Positions 1 through 7,529 are shown, counted from the stretch's first letter. The stretch is 32,927 nucleotides of DNA from a virus (IMGVR_UViG_3300045988_149366:1-32927), one strand, 5' to 3'. Notes: a model not told the origin generated them from the sequence alone. A program made the numbers and translations.

Positions 1-119
1 CTTTCGAGTCCGTTTGGCCCGTGAGCGTCGTCGTCTTTTTCGTCCTCGGCTTGTTGACGGGCGTTCTGATCTCGATGCTGGCTGCTGTTTTCGCTCAGGC
101 GCGAACGCGTGAAAAAAAC
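1..119. repeat. terminal direct repeat, left copy (circular-closure overlap)
   Basis: nt 1-119 are identical base-for-base to nt 32809-32927 (read directly from the sequence). Confidence 0.95.
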
Positions 120-413
120 TTGACGCGCGTTGATCTTCAGACATTCGACTGGGATCAACTACCAGCCACGGAAAACCAAAACGCTTCTGCGCAAACTCGA
201 ATGGATTCTTCCTCCATTCACGTTTCTGCAAAACCATCCACCACGGCGGGCGCGGAAATGGACACATTTCAACTACCGGCGACAAGAATTTCCTTCGTCT
301 TCGATAACGCTCCAATCTCAGTGGAGGAAAAACATAAGGAACATTCTCCAAATGAAAATGAACACCCTGAGCTAAATGGCCTCGACTACGGACAGGAGGA
401 TCTTTCCAAATGA
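1..413 (+). CDS. small membrane-anchored protein; junction-spanning gene whose true start is GTG 32784 (5' end cut by linearisation)
   Basis: Track ORF 21..413. The frame stays open to the window edge and, through the terminal repeat, back to GTG 32784. Clean hydrophobic helix VVVFFVLGLLTGVLISMLAAVF followed by a polar/acidic tail with an internal TF..QLPAT repeat. Confidence 0.6.
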   Translation, partial: FESVWPVSVVVFFVLGLLTGVLISMLAAVFAQARTREKNLTRVDLQTFDWDQLPATENQNASAQTRMDSSSIHVSAKPSTTAGAEMDTFQLPATRISFVFDNAPISVEEKHKEHSPNENEHPELNGLDYGQEDLSK

Positions 414-834
414 GCAGGCCAGATAAAGGAAACTCAATCTCATCTGGATTGTCAAGCCACACAGCTAACCCGATTTCATCACCAGGACGAACAGCAGGCA
501 GAACTGCCGGCGTAATCCCTGTAGAAGAATGCGAATATGGCCTAAAAAACAGTGCCTTGCATTTGAAAAATGGGAAATATTCCAGCATATACACTGCGCC
601 GTCCCCTGAATTCACAAAGTGTATGACTAGATCTGGATTCGGGGTGTTGGGAGCGTTAAAAAGACCACGCAGTTTTTCTGGGTTAATTCGGATCGTTCCA
701 TCTAGTACTAAGTGTGCTTTCGGGCGGCGCATCCATGTCCAAAAGAATGAAAATACTCCACCTGATAGGGAGATAAGTGCCGCTATTAGTGAAGCGATTG
801 CCGCAATCCATGCCGCGTCGTTGAGCCAGCTCAT
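1..834 (-). CDS. reverse-strand membrane-anchored protein B (TM helix + beta-rich domain); absent from the ORF track because it runs off the window edge; stop is TGA at complement 32803..32805 across the junction
   Basis: Hand translation: the complement frame has no TTA/CTA/TCA in phase from 915 down to 1. ATG at 834 (GGAG just upstream); alternative in-frame ATGs at 858 and 864. N-terminus MSWLNDAAWIAAIASLIAALISLSGGVFSFFWTWM (TM), then DLVIHFVNSGDGAVYMLEYF...VRPGDEIGLAVWL. The distal ~140 codons are Arg-rich and antisense to gene 32784..413, so the real C-terminus is uncertain. Confidence 0.5.
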   Translation of the reverse strand, partial: MSWLNDAAWIAAIASLIAALISLSGGVFSFFWTWMRRPKAHLVLDGTIRINPEKLRGLFNAPNTPNPDLVIHFVNSGDGAVYMLEYFPFFKCKALFFRPYSHSSTGITPAVLPAVRPGDEIGLAVWLDNPDEIEFPLSGLLIWKDPPVRSRGHLAQGVHFHLENVPYVFPPLRLERYRRRRKFLSPVVEMCPFPRPPWWMVLQKREWRKNPFEFAQKRFGFPWLVVDPSRMSEDQRASSFFHAFAPERKQQPASRSERPSTSRGRKRRRRSRAKRTRK

Positions 835-915
835 GGTCTCCACAGTACATGGAGACATGCGCATTTCGGATGGGAGCGTGTGATGAATACGCCAAACACC
901 GATCCGACTGTCCAG

Positions 916-1503
916 CTAGCTGAAGCGATGATCCAGCACGCTCTGACGCTCCACCCCGCTGCTAGACGACGCGTGAATGAACACGCGGCACGTAATACTG
1001 CTCGGAACGCTCATGCGTCGAACGCCATCAATACTCACGCGACTCGGCACGGGCTGTGCGAACAGTTCAAGCAGATGCTCATGGAGCAAATCGGGCGTGA
1101 ACGAATGCTCACCAAATGCGGGTACGTCTACCCCATCGAGCACTCGTACGGGAGCGTCTTCACACAAGACAGTAATGGACACACTGTATGCGTCGAAGGA
1201 ACTCTCGTTCATCACGGTGATGAGCTCACCTCTGTTTTCACTTTCAAGCCGCCATACGAAGTCAGCTCTGTCTTGGCTCGCCTTGAGTGCTCTCCTCGCG
1301 ACGTGGTTCGCCTCGCTACTTATCTGGTTTGCCTGTGCTGCCAGGCGGTTAGCCTCGGGCACTGCGAGGCCTGCTTCCTGGGCGATGCGGTTAGCTTCCT
1401 GAGCCAGTCTTTGGCCGCGTTTCGTGTCAGTGCGGGCGAGGACGGCGACGATGAGGCTTCCCAGCGCGATCGCCACGCTGACCACTGCGATAACGGTGCT
1501 CAC
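916..1503 (-). CDS. reverse-strand membrane-anchored coiled-coil protein A (TM helix + EAN-repeat helix + beta-rich C-terminal domain)
   Basis: Track ORF. N-terminal helix VIAVVSVAIALGSLIVAVLA, repeats EANRIAQEA/EANRLAAQANQISSEANHVA, then ELITVMNESSFDAYSVSITV...VPAFGEHSF. Composition is far more protein-like than the codon-aligned + ORF 880..1539, which is about 5% Cys and 8% His. GTG start with a TAGCGT -10-like hexamer 6 nt upstream (candidate leaderless start). Confidence 0.55.
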   Translation of the reverse strand: MSTVIAVVSVAIALGSLIVAVLARTDTKRGQRLAQEANRIAQEAGLAVPEANRLAAQANQISSEANHVARRALKASQDRADFVWRLESENRGELITVMNESSFDAYSVSITVLCEDAPVRVLDGVDVPAFGEHSFTPDLLHEHLLELFAQPVPSRVSIDGVRRMSVPSSITCRVFIHASSSSGVERQSVLDHRFS

Positions 1504-1509
1504 ACGGTA

Positions 1510-1515
1510 ACGCTA
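1510..1515 (-). promoter_or_regulatory. candidate -10 hexamer (TAGCGT) for a leaderless transcript of reverse-strand gene A
   Basis: The complement of ACGCTA at 1510-1515 reads TAGCGT (TANNNT), ending 6 nt before GTG 1503. There is no SD. This geometry is typical of actinobacterial leaderless mRNAs. Confidence 0.25.
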
Positions 1516-1535
1516 CCCGAAGGCGGTGAAGCGCT

Positions 1536-1727
1536 GTGACTGCCAGGAGGAAACTCGAACCCTTGTACACGCCAAGCGAGGTGGCGGAGCGTCACGGCGT
1601 GACCGCCCGCACCGTGCGCGAGTGGGTAGCACTGGGAAAACTCCCGGGCTCGTACCGCCGCTACAGGCGTATCTGCATCCCTAAGTCGGCGCTGGACGCT
1701 TTCGAGCGTAAAGCACCACGGTACTAG
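1536..1727 (+). CDS. excisionase-family / MerR-like helix-turn-helix DNA-binding protein
   Basis: LYTPSEVAERHGVTARTVREWVALGKLPG...IPKSALDAF matches the HTH_17 / excisionase pattern; GTG start. Confidence 0.65.
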   Translation: MTARRKLEPLYTPSEVAERHGVTARTVREWVALGKLPGSYRRYRRICIPKSALDAFERKAPRY

Positions 1728-1736
1728 AGGAGAACA

Positions 1737-1922
1737 GTGATGAAAACACTAACGCTCCGCACGGCAGCGGTACTTCACGCACTCCTCGCACTCATCATCC
1801 TCATAGCGCTCGCACGCATGGACAACACGCAGGTTCAGGCGGCAGCGGCCTACATGTGGGCATTCCTCGCCCTGCTGCTCGCAGTCGGCACATTCACCAA
1901 CGACAAGGAGGACGACCAGTGA
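1737..1922 (+). CDS. small two-helix membrane protein
   Basis: Track ORF with two hydrophobic segments (AAVLHALLALIILIALA; AAYMWAFLALLLAVGTF). GAGGAGAA upstream; the start may be ATG 1740. Confidence 0.6.
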   Translation: MMKTLTLRTAAVLHALLALIILIALARMDNTQVQAAAAYMWAFLALLLAVGTFTNDKEDDQ

Positions 1923-2197
1923 GCACCTATGAATCTGTTGATCTCGACGACTGCACGATCGACCTATTTGACAGGGATATCCAAATAAGTAGCCGCATGG
2001 GTTTATTTGACACTGACAGCGTTATTTTCGTGCCTACGGTGAGCACGGGAATCAGGTTGGCAGGTCTCGCCGCGCGCGCAGCAATCCAGCAATCCGATCT
2101 CCCATTACCCGATGACGCTAGCCTTACAACCATTTTCGCGAGGGTTATCTGCATCCTCAACGAAGACCTGTCGATTGAGGAGGAGCGGGAATGGTGA
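1919..2197 (+). CDS. hypothetical protein
   Basis: In frame with track ORF 1856..2197. GTG 1919 overlaps the upstream TGA (GTGA) and follows AAGGAGG by 7 nt. Confidence 0.6.
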   Translation: MSTYESVDLDDCTIDLFDRDIQISSRMGLFDTDSVIFVPTVSTGIRLAGLAARAAIQQSDLPLPDDASLTTIFARVICILNEDLSIEEEREW

Positions 2198-3126
2198 ACG
2201 CTGCTCGACTCCTCGGAACTTTCACTGTTGGCAGCAGCCAGTGGCACGCGGCACGACGCTTGGGTCTTGGAGGAAGCGAGGTTGCGAGCGCCGTTGGCCT
2301 TTCACCGTGGAAATCACGGTGGACGCTATGGCAGGAAAAAGCAGGAAACCTCCAACCATCACAAGGCGAGACATTCAAGCTCTGGCTGGGCTCACACATG
2401 GAACAGGTAGTTGTCGACGCGTGGAAGCAGACCAGCCCAGGCAGGTTCTGCAGGCGGACAGGAATGTGGGTGAACCGAGAACGCTCCTTCCAGTTCGCTG
2501 AACCTGACCGTCTGATCGTCGCCTCTCAGCATGGCCGCGCGCCAGTAGGGATCCTCGAAGCGAAAACAGCTGACATTGCGAACGCTTTCGAATGGGGCAA
2601 GTCAGGAGGCTCCCAGGACGATATCCCGCCGTACTACTACACGCAGGTGCTGTGGTACATGAGCTGTCTCGACATTGATATGGCTCAGCTAGCGGTCATT
2701 GTGTCGGCACGCGAGTACCGCGAATACAGTGTTGCGCGCAGCCGCCAGGACGAAGACTGGCTAGTCGGGGAAGCTGAGAAGTTCATGGCTTCTATCGAAG
2801 CAGGCACACCGCCTCTTGTGGACTCGTCCCAGTCCACGTATGAGGCGATCCGCACGCTGCACCCGGACATTAGACCAAGCGAAGACGTCACTATCAGCGC
2901 TGACCTTGCCAACAAGTGGGCGCAAGCTCGCGGCGAGCTGGAAGCTGCGAAGAAAGCTGATGCCCAGTACCGCAATGAGGTTGCTGACCTATTGGGCATG
3001 GGGCAAACCGCGTGGGTATCGACCGTTGACGGCAAAAACCTCAAGGTCGCATCGCGCCGGTCAGCGCGCGAAGGCGCAGCACCAAGCCTGTATCCGGTAC
3101 GCAACCTTTCACACACGATTTTCTAA
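2191..3126 (+). CDS. YqaJ-like viral recombinase exonuclease (lambda Exo / RecE-type PD-(D/E)XK)
   Basis: N-terminal motif WHAARRLGLGGSEVASAVGLSPWKSRWTLWQEK and EAKT...YYYTQVLWYM are typical of the YqaJ family. It lies directly upstream of recT. Confidence 0.8.
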   Translation: MVNAARLLGTFTVGSSQWHAARRLGLGGSEVASAVGLSPWKSRWTLWQEKAGNLQPSQGETFKLWLGSHMEQVVVDAWKQTSPGRFCRRTGMWVNRERSFQFAEPDRLIVASQHGRAPVGILEAKTADIANAFEWGKSGGSQDDIPPYYYTQVLWYMSCLDIDMAQLAVIVSAREYREYSVARSRQDEDWLVGEAEKFMASIEAGTPPLVDSSQSTYEAIRTLHPDIRPSEDVTISADLANKWAQARGELEAAKKADAQYRNEVADLLGMGQTAWVSTVDGKNLKVASRRSAREGAAPSLYPVRNLSHTIF

Positions 3127-3136
3127 GGACACCATC

Positions 3137-3907
3137 ATGAGTTTGCAGCAACAAGCAGAACAAGCAGTCGAAAAGCGCGAGGAGAAACAAACCGAGGTCG
3201 TGCATTTCATTAACAAGATGCAAGACGAAATCAAGCGCGCCCTACCAAAGCACCTTGACGCGGGTCGCATGGCGCGAGTGATCGCGACTGAAGTGCGCAA
3301 GATACCGGCTCTCGCACTGTGCAATCAGACCAGTTTCGCTGGAGCAATGCTCACAGCGGCCACTCTAGGGCTGGAACCGGGCGTCTCGAACGAATGCTGG
3401 CTTGTCCCTTACAAGGGGGAAGTCGCCCTCATCATCGGCTACCAGGGAATGGCGAAGCTCTTCTACCAGCACCCGCTGGCACGCAGTATTGATGCGCAAG
3501 CAGTGTACGCGGACGACTACTTCGAATACGAGTACGGCACGAACCCACACATCACGCACAAGCCATCATCTAACCCGACCGGTGAGCCAATATGTTTCTA
3601 TGCTGTCGCCACACTGGCTACAGGGGCAACCCACTTTTGCGTGCTGACAAGCCAACAGGTACGTGACCTGCGGCGCGGCCTTGACGGCACCTCAGGCGGA
3701 GTTCCTGACCCTCAACATTGGATGGAAAAGAAAACCTGTATTCGCCAGCTCTTCAAGCTACTGCCTAAGAGCTCAATTCTTGTCACGGCACTCGATAAAG
3801 ATGAGCGTTTGGGTAGCGAGCTTGCCCGCGACTTCCAGGTGAACATACAAGATTCAGACGCCGGTCCCAGCCAGCGCATGATCGAAAGCCGGGACCGCAA
3901 TGAGTAG
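3137..3907 (+). CDS. recT: RecT-family single-strand annealing protein
   Basis: ATG 3137 after AAGGA, in frame with track ORF 2816..3907. LPKHLDAGRMARVIATEVRK...GLEPG...CWLVPYKGEVALIIGYQGMAKL is a classic RecT core. Confidence 0.85.
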   Translation: MSLQQQAEQAVEKREEKQTEVVHFINKMQDEIKRALPKHLDAGRMARVIATEVRKIPALALCNQTSFAGAMLTAATLGLEPGVSNECWLVPYKGEVALIIGYQGMAKLFYQHPLARSIDAQAVYADDYFEYEYGTNPHITHKPSSNPTGEPICFYAVATLATGATHFCVLTSQQVRDLRRGLDGTSGGVPDPQHWMEKKTCIRQLFKLLPKSSILVTALDKDERLGSELARDFQVNIQDSDAGPSQRMIESRDRNE

Positions 3908-4325
3908 GAACCGCGATTCAGCCAAGCGTGCCGGGGCACGCTTCGAGCAGCTTGTCGCCACCTACCTCAACCAACACGTGGATGACCGCATTGAGCGGCG
4001 CAAAACCAACGGCGCGAAAGACAGAGGCGACATTGCCGGGCTGCGCGTGTGGGCAGGTGAGCGCGTTGTGGTCGAATGCAAAGACCGCGCCACCCCGTCA
4101 GTCGGCACGTGGCTCAACGAGGCAGAAACAGAGCGCGGCAACGATGACGCCCTGGCGGGTGTCGTGGCGTACAAGCGTCGCGGGAACGCCAACCCGGGCG
4201 ACCAGTTAATCGTCATGACGCTCCGCGATTTCGCTGCCATCCTGACCGGCGAGCGGCCAGACGATGACACCCCCACAAGGTTGAAGCAAGCAGATCAACC
4301 ACAAACAGGTGAAAGGAGGAAATAA
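3900..4325 (+). CDS. PD-(D/E)XK nuclease, putative Holliday-junction resolvase (Hjc/RecU-like)
   Basis: GARFEQLVATYL...DRGDIAG...VVVECKD gives a D...E-x-K motif. The position after exo/recT is typical of actinophage resolvases. Confidence 0.55.
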   Translation: MSRNRDSAKRAGARFEQLVATYLNQHVDDRIERRKTNGAKDRGDIAGLRVWAGERVVVECKDRATPSVGTWLNEAETERGNDDALAGVVAYKRRGNANPGDQLIVMTLRDFAAILTGERPDDDTPTRLKQADQPQTGERRK

Positions 4326-4327
4326 CA

Positions 4328-5281
4328 ATGGCGCAGAAAACAGACACCCCGTGGGTGCGTATCGCCCAATCAATGCCGAACCACCCAAAGATCATGCCAC
4401 TCAGCGATAAAGCGTTCAGAACGCTAGTGGAGATGATCTGCTATTCCGCTCAATACGAACTGGACGGCAAACTGCCAGCCGCCCTCGCAGAGCGACTGTG
4501 GAACATGGACGCGCTCGAAGAACTGATGACCAACAGCAGCACAGCACCATCACTTGCCAAGCGGGACTCCATGTATGTGATTCACGGCTACGAGGACATG
4601 CAAGAAACCAGTAACGAGATAGCTGCTAAGCGCGAGATTCTGCGGGAAAACGGGCGCAAGGGTGGACGCCCAACAGGCAAACCAAAACCAAACGATAACC
4701 AAGCTGGTTTTGACAGCGAAAACCAAACGCTAACCAACTTGGTTTCTGAAACAGAACCAGAAGATAACCAACTTGGTTTCGCCACGCAAAACCAAACGGA
4801 AACCAAGCTGGTTTCGCCACGCAAAACCAAAACAAAAGCAGAAGAAGAAAAAGAAGAAGAAGTAGAAGAAGAAAAAGAAATACACTCCCCCCTAACCCCC
4901 CTCAAGGGGGGAACATGTGCGACCGCCCAAGACTTCACCGACTTCTACAAAGCGTACCCCCGGCACGTCGGACGCAAAGACGCAGAGCGCGCATTCCATA
5001 GAGCCGCAAAGACAGTCAGCCCGCAAACGATCATCGACGCGGCACGCCGCCTAGCAGCAGACCCGAACCTTCCCGAAAAACAGTTCATTCCCCACCCGGC
5101 TACGTGGCTCAACCAAGGCCGGTGGGATGACGAGCCGCTACCGGAACGTCACGGAGGGCGCGGCACGTACAGTCAGCGCACTGAGGACGCTGAGCGCGCC
5201 GAGTGGGAACGGCTCCAAGCCCTAGAAGCCCAGCAGGCACAGGACAGCGGACTGTGGCTCACGGACGGGAGGACAGCATGA
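4328..5281 (+). CDS. replication initiator / replisome organiser (lambda O-like, with conserved C-terminal FxxFYxAYPR...PATWLNQGRWDDE domain)
   Basis: The N-terminal wHTH-like region and the C-terminal DFTDFYKAYPRHVGRKDAERAF...FIPHPATWLNQGRWDDE are typical of phage replication proteins. A repeat-rich linker holds candidate iterons. Confidence 0.7.
   Translation: MAQKTDTPWVRIAQSMPNHPKIMPLSDKAFRTLVEMICYSAQYELDGKLPAALAERLWNMDALEELMTNSSTAPSLAKRDSMYVIHGYEDMQETSNEIAAKREILRENGRKGGRPTGKPKPNDNQAGFDSENQTLTNLVSETEPEDNQLGFATQNQTETKLVSPRKTKTKAEEEKEEEVEEEKEIHSPLTPLKGGTCATAQDFTDFYKAYPRHVGRKDAERAFHRAAKTVSPQTIIDAARRLAADPNLPEKQFIPHPATWLNQGRWDDEPLPERHGGRGTYSQRTEDAERAEWERLQALEAQQAQDSGLWLTDGRTA
4697..4911. repeat. 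candidate origin of replication inside the initiator gene: four AACCAAnnTGGTT palindromes, a 22-nt direct repeat, a purine/A-rich tract and a C6/G6 hairpin
   Basis: AACCAAGCTGGTT at 4697 and 4801; AACCAACTTGGTT at 4732 and 4776. GGTTTCGCCACGCAAAACCAAA twice (4785, 4810). GAA/AAG-rich run about 4835-4880. CCCCCC-TCAA-GGGGGG at 4896-4911. Confidence 0.5.
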
Positions 5282-6063
5282 TCACCCCAACCGAGGCGTT
5301 CAAAGTCCTCAAAGTCGCCAAAGCGCTGAGGCTCATCCGAGAGATCGGCACCGGGGACGCAGAAGCATGGGCACACGCGGCTGCCAGGCTTATCCCTCAC
5401 GCCACGCTAGACAGCTTGGTTGACGCGGTCGAGCGCCTGGCAACCAGCCCACGCAAGCGCGGCGGGGACATCACGCTAGGCGACTTAGTGGAAGCAGCCC
5501 AATTCACCGACGCAGAACGATCCCAGCGCATCAACGAACACATCGCCACGCACGGAAGATTCACCGGCGACGGAATCACCGACCCCGCCAAGTGGCGCGT
5601 CGCGCTAGTCGCGTGGACCGACGCTATCGGCAGTGGTGCGAGCGGTGAGGAAGCGGAACAGGCGGCGTACAGGAGCGTGGGAATGGCTGTGCCGAGGCGT
5701 GACCGTCTTGTGCAAGACCCCGGCAAGATACGCAACCTCATTGAGAGCGCTAAACGAAACATCGCCGTTAACAGGGCTAGCACGCCGCCTGACAGGCAAA
5801 CAGGCAGCGACAGTACAAAAACCCGTAAGGGACAGGGCGTGAAACACGCTCAGAAAGGACGACAAGCATCATGCGACACATACTCAAAATCGAAGAAAAA
5901 TGGTTCGAGCGGATCCACGCAGGACAAAAAACCAGCGAACTCCGATTCAACGACCGCGACTACCAGACCGATGACACCATCATCTTCCAACCGGTCAACA
6001 GTGACGGCAACGTGCTCATCAAGCCCTACGACCTGCCGACCTACGAGATCACGCACGTACTGA
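5278..6063 (+). CDS. hypothetical protein (3' end uncertain; formal ORF overlaps the next gene by 193 nt)
   Basis: ATG 5278 overlaps the upstream TGA (ATGA), in frame with track ORF 5203..6063. The first ~195 aa look protein-like; the last ~65 aa are Ser/Thr-rich and overlap 5871..6131. Confidence 0.5.
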   Translation: MITPTEAFKVLKVAKALRLIREIGTGDAEAWAHAAARLIPHATLDSLVDAVERLATSPRKRGGDITLGDLVEAAQFTDAERSQRINEHIATHGRFTGDGITDPAKWRVALVAWTDAIGSGASGEEAEQAAYRSVGMAVPRRDRLVQDPGKIRNLIESAKRNIAVNRASTPPDRQTGSDSTKTRKGQGVKHAQKGRQASCDTYSKSKKNGSSGSTQDKKPANSDSTTATTRPMTPSSSNRSTVTATCSSSPTTCRPTRSRTY

Positions 6064-6131
6064 ACGCCAGCCAGTTCCCCGAGGCCCTACAGCCCGGCTA
6101 CTGCGTGCTCAGCATCGCACCACTGAAATAA
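5871..6131 (+). CDS. ASCH-fold / DUF3850-like protein
   Basis: MRHILKIEEKWFERIHAGQKTSELRFNDRDYQTDDTIIF matches the DUF3850 pattern (H.LKI...F..I..G.KT.E.R.NDRDY); AAAGGA precedes the ATG. Confidence 0.7.
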   Translation: MRHILKIEEKWFERIHAGQKTSELRFNDRDYQTDDTIIFQPVNSDGNVLIKPYDLPTYEITHVLNASQFPEALQPGYCVLSIAPLK

Positions 6132-6149
6132 ACAAGAAAGGACAGCCAA

Positions 6150-6665
6150 ATGACTGAGCTCGTTTTCAGTGAGGCCACGCGCGTCCCGCTCTCCACATGG
6201 GACAGCCTCGACATTCCACAAGACCGGCAAGGCAACTACTGGGTGTGGGACCAGCACGGCGCGAAATACAAGGTCACCAGCACCCCAAACATCATGAGAT
6301 TCACAGAACTCCACGACGGGCAAGACCCGCTGGTTTTCTCACTTGGGGCGCTCATTGATGATGGCACCGTTCTCTACACGAAGCCGCCCGCGCGCAAGCA
6401 AACCCGCGTAGGTGACACGCTCAAAACCATTGAGGACTTCCAGACAGCGCCCATCGGCACAGTCATCATCAACCCCCAAGGCCACGTGTGGCAAAAGCAC
6501 TACTACGGGTGGGACACCTGCACTCAGCATTTCGCCGGAATACACGGAGACGAAGACTTCACCAACCCCGACCAAATCGACAAATACAAATACCCCGGCG
6601 TCCCACCGTGGACAGTCATCCACGCAGGAAAAACCGAAAACTACGAACAGGAGAAAACCGAATGA
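6150..6665 (+). CDS. hypothetical protein
   Basis: Track ORF with AAAGGA RBS and a tight fit in the operon. Confidence 0.6.
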   Translation: MTELVFSEATRVPLSTWDSLDIPQDRQGNYWVWDQHGAKYKVTSTPNIMRFTELHDGQDPLVFSLGALIDDGTVLYTKPPARKQTRVGDTLKTIEDFQTAPIGTVIINPQGHVWQKHYYGWDTCTQHFAGIHGDEDFTNPDQIDKYKYPGVPPWTVIHAGKTENYEQEKTE

Positions 6666-6883
6666 TCGGAGACAACGAGAAGAAACACTTAGATGCCAGC
6701 AGCAACTCATACAAGCATCTAGTCGAAGCGCGGAAAATACTCGCACTCAACATCCCACGCGACGACGCGGATCTGCAAACGATATATAAGAACGCGATTG
6801 CCTACATCTGGGCAGCAGAAAACGAAACAGGAAAAATAATCAACCTCATCGGGCGTCGGCAGGCAGAGGAGGCCGAAAAGTGA
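6662..6883 (+). CDS. hypothetical protein
   Basis: ATG 6662 overlaps the upstream TGA (ATGA), in frame with track ORF 6488..6883. Confidence 0.55.
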   Translation: MIGDNEKKHLDASSNSYKHLVEARKILALNIPRDDADLQTIYKNAIAYIWAAENETGKIINLIGRRQAEEAEK

Positions 6884-7173
6884 ACTACCAGATCGACCTC
6901 GTGCTACAGAAAATGGCGACCGTCGAAGCAGCCGTCAAAAACCTACGCGAAACACTCGACGAATACACGCTCATGCCCATACCCGCCCTTGAGTGGCCGG
7001 ACGATCCCACTAAGACCTACTTGGTGGAAGCCACGCAGTACGGCCTCCCCGTGCGCGACATCATGCGATGGGACGAAGAAAAAGAACGCCTATGTTCAAC
7101 AATCACGCGCACCGAACTCGACCCGCACTCAGAACACGACTTCCTCTACATGTACGAGGAGGAACCAGAATGA
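6880..7173 (+). CDS. hypothetical protein
   Basis: Track ORF; the GTG start overlaps the upstream TGA. Confidence 0.55.
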   Translation: MNYQIDLVLQKMATVEAAVKNLRETLDEYTLMPIPALEWPDDPTKTYLVEATQYGLPVRDIMRWDEEKERLCSTITRTELDPHSEHDFLYMYEEEPE

Positions 7174-7529
7174 AAAAACTCGACCCCGACCAATGGCCGC
7201 TAGACAACCAACTCGTCTACTACGTGAAAGGCAGCAGCGACGGCTACCCGGTAGAAGGATTCGCCACTTACGACTGTAGCGGCGAACTCTACGTGACAGG
7301 CGGCAGCATCCTACGCGACTACCGCCCCGAAACAGACGCCCTCTATGAGTGGCACCCATGCGCAGTAGTCCCAATGCCACTGTGGGACGGAATCGCAGAC
7401 CTAGCGGGCGAACCAAACGCGCAATCCATACGCGACTACATCGAATGGTACAGCGCCTACTCAGAATGGGTAGAACGCGAATCTATCCACCCCACGAAAA
7501 TCATTGAAACAAAGGAGAACAACAAATGA
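7170..7529 (+). CDS. hypothetical protein
   Basis: ATG 7170 overlaps the upstream TGA, in frame with track ORF 7068..7529. Confidence 0.55.
   Translation: MKKLDPDQWPLDNQLVYYVKGSSDGYPVEGFATYDCSGELYVTGGSILRDYRPETDALYEWHPCAVVPMPLWDGIADLAGEPNAQSIRDYIEWYSAYSEWVERESIHPTKIIETKENNK

Noticed and set aside
410-1539. + strand track ORFs 410..883 (157 aa) and 880..1539 (219 aa), which chain by ATGA/GTGA overlaps with their + neighbours
   Set aside because: I treat them as shadows of the minus-strand genes. Their products are compositionally odd: 880..1539 is about 5% Cys and 8% His with a CLCCQAVSLGHCEACF segment, and 410..883 is Ser/Gly/Arg-rich. The minus products have clean TM helices, a coiled coil and matching beta-domain motifs. 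This is not a firm rejection. The 4-nt overlaps fit the operon style, and only comparative or expression data can settle it.
2816-3136. 5' extension of the RecT ORF (track start 2816). Similar upstream extensions occur at 5203, 6488, 7068, 11391, 14441, 16334, 23989 and 30244.
   Set aside because: The extensions overlap the preceding gene extensively. Internal starts with an RBS and/or 1-8-nt coupling overlaps give the expected compact operon, so internal starts were used.
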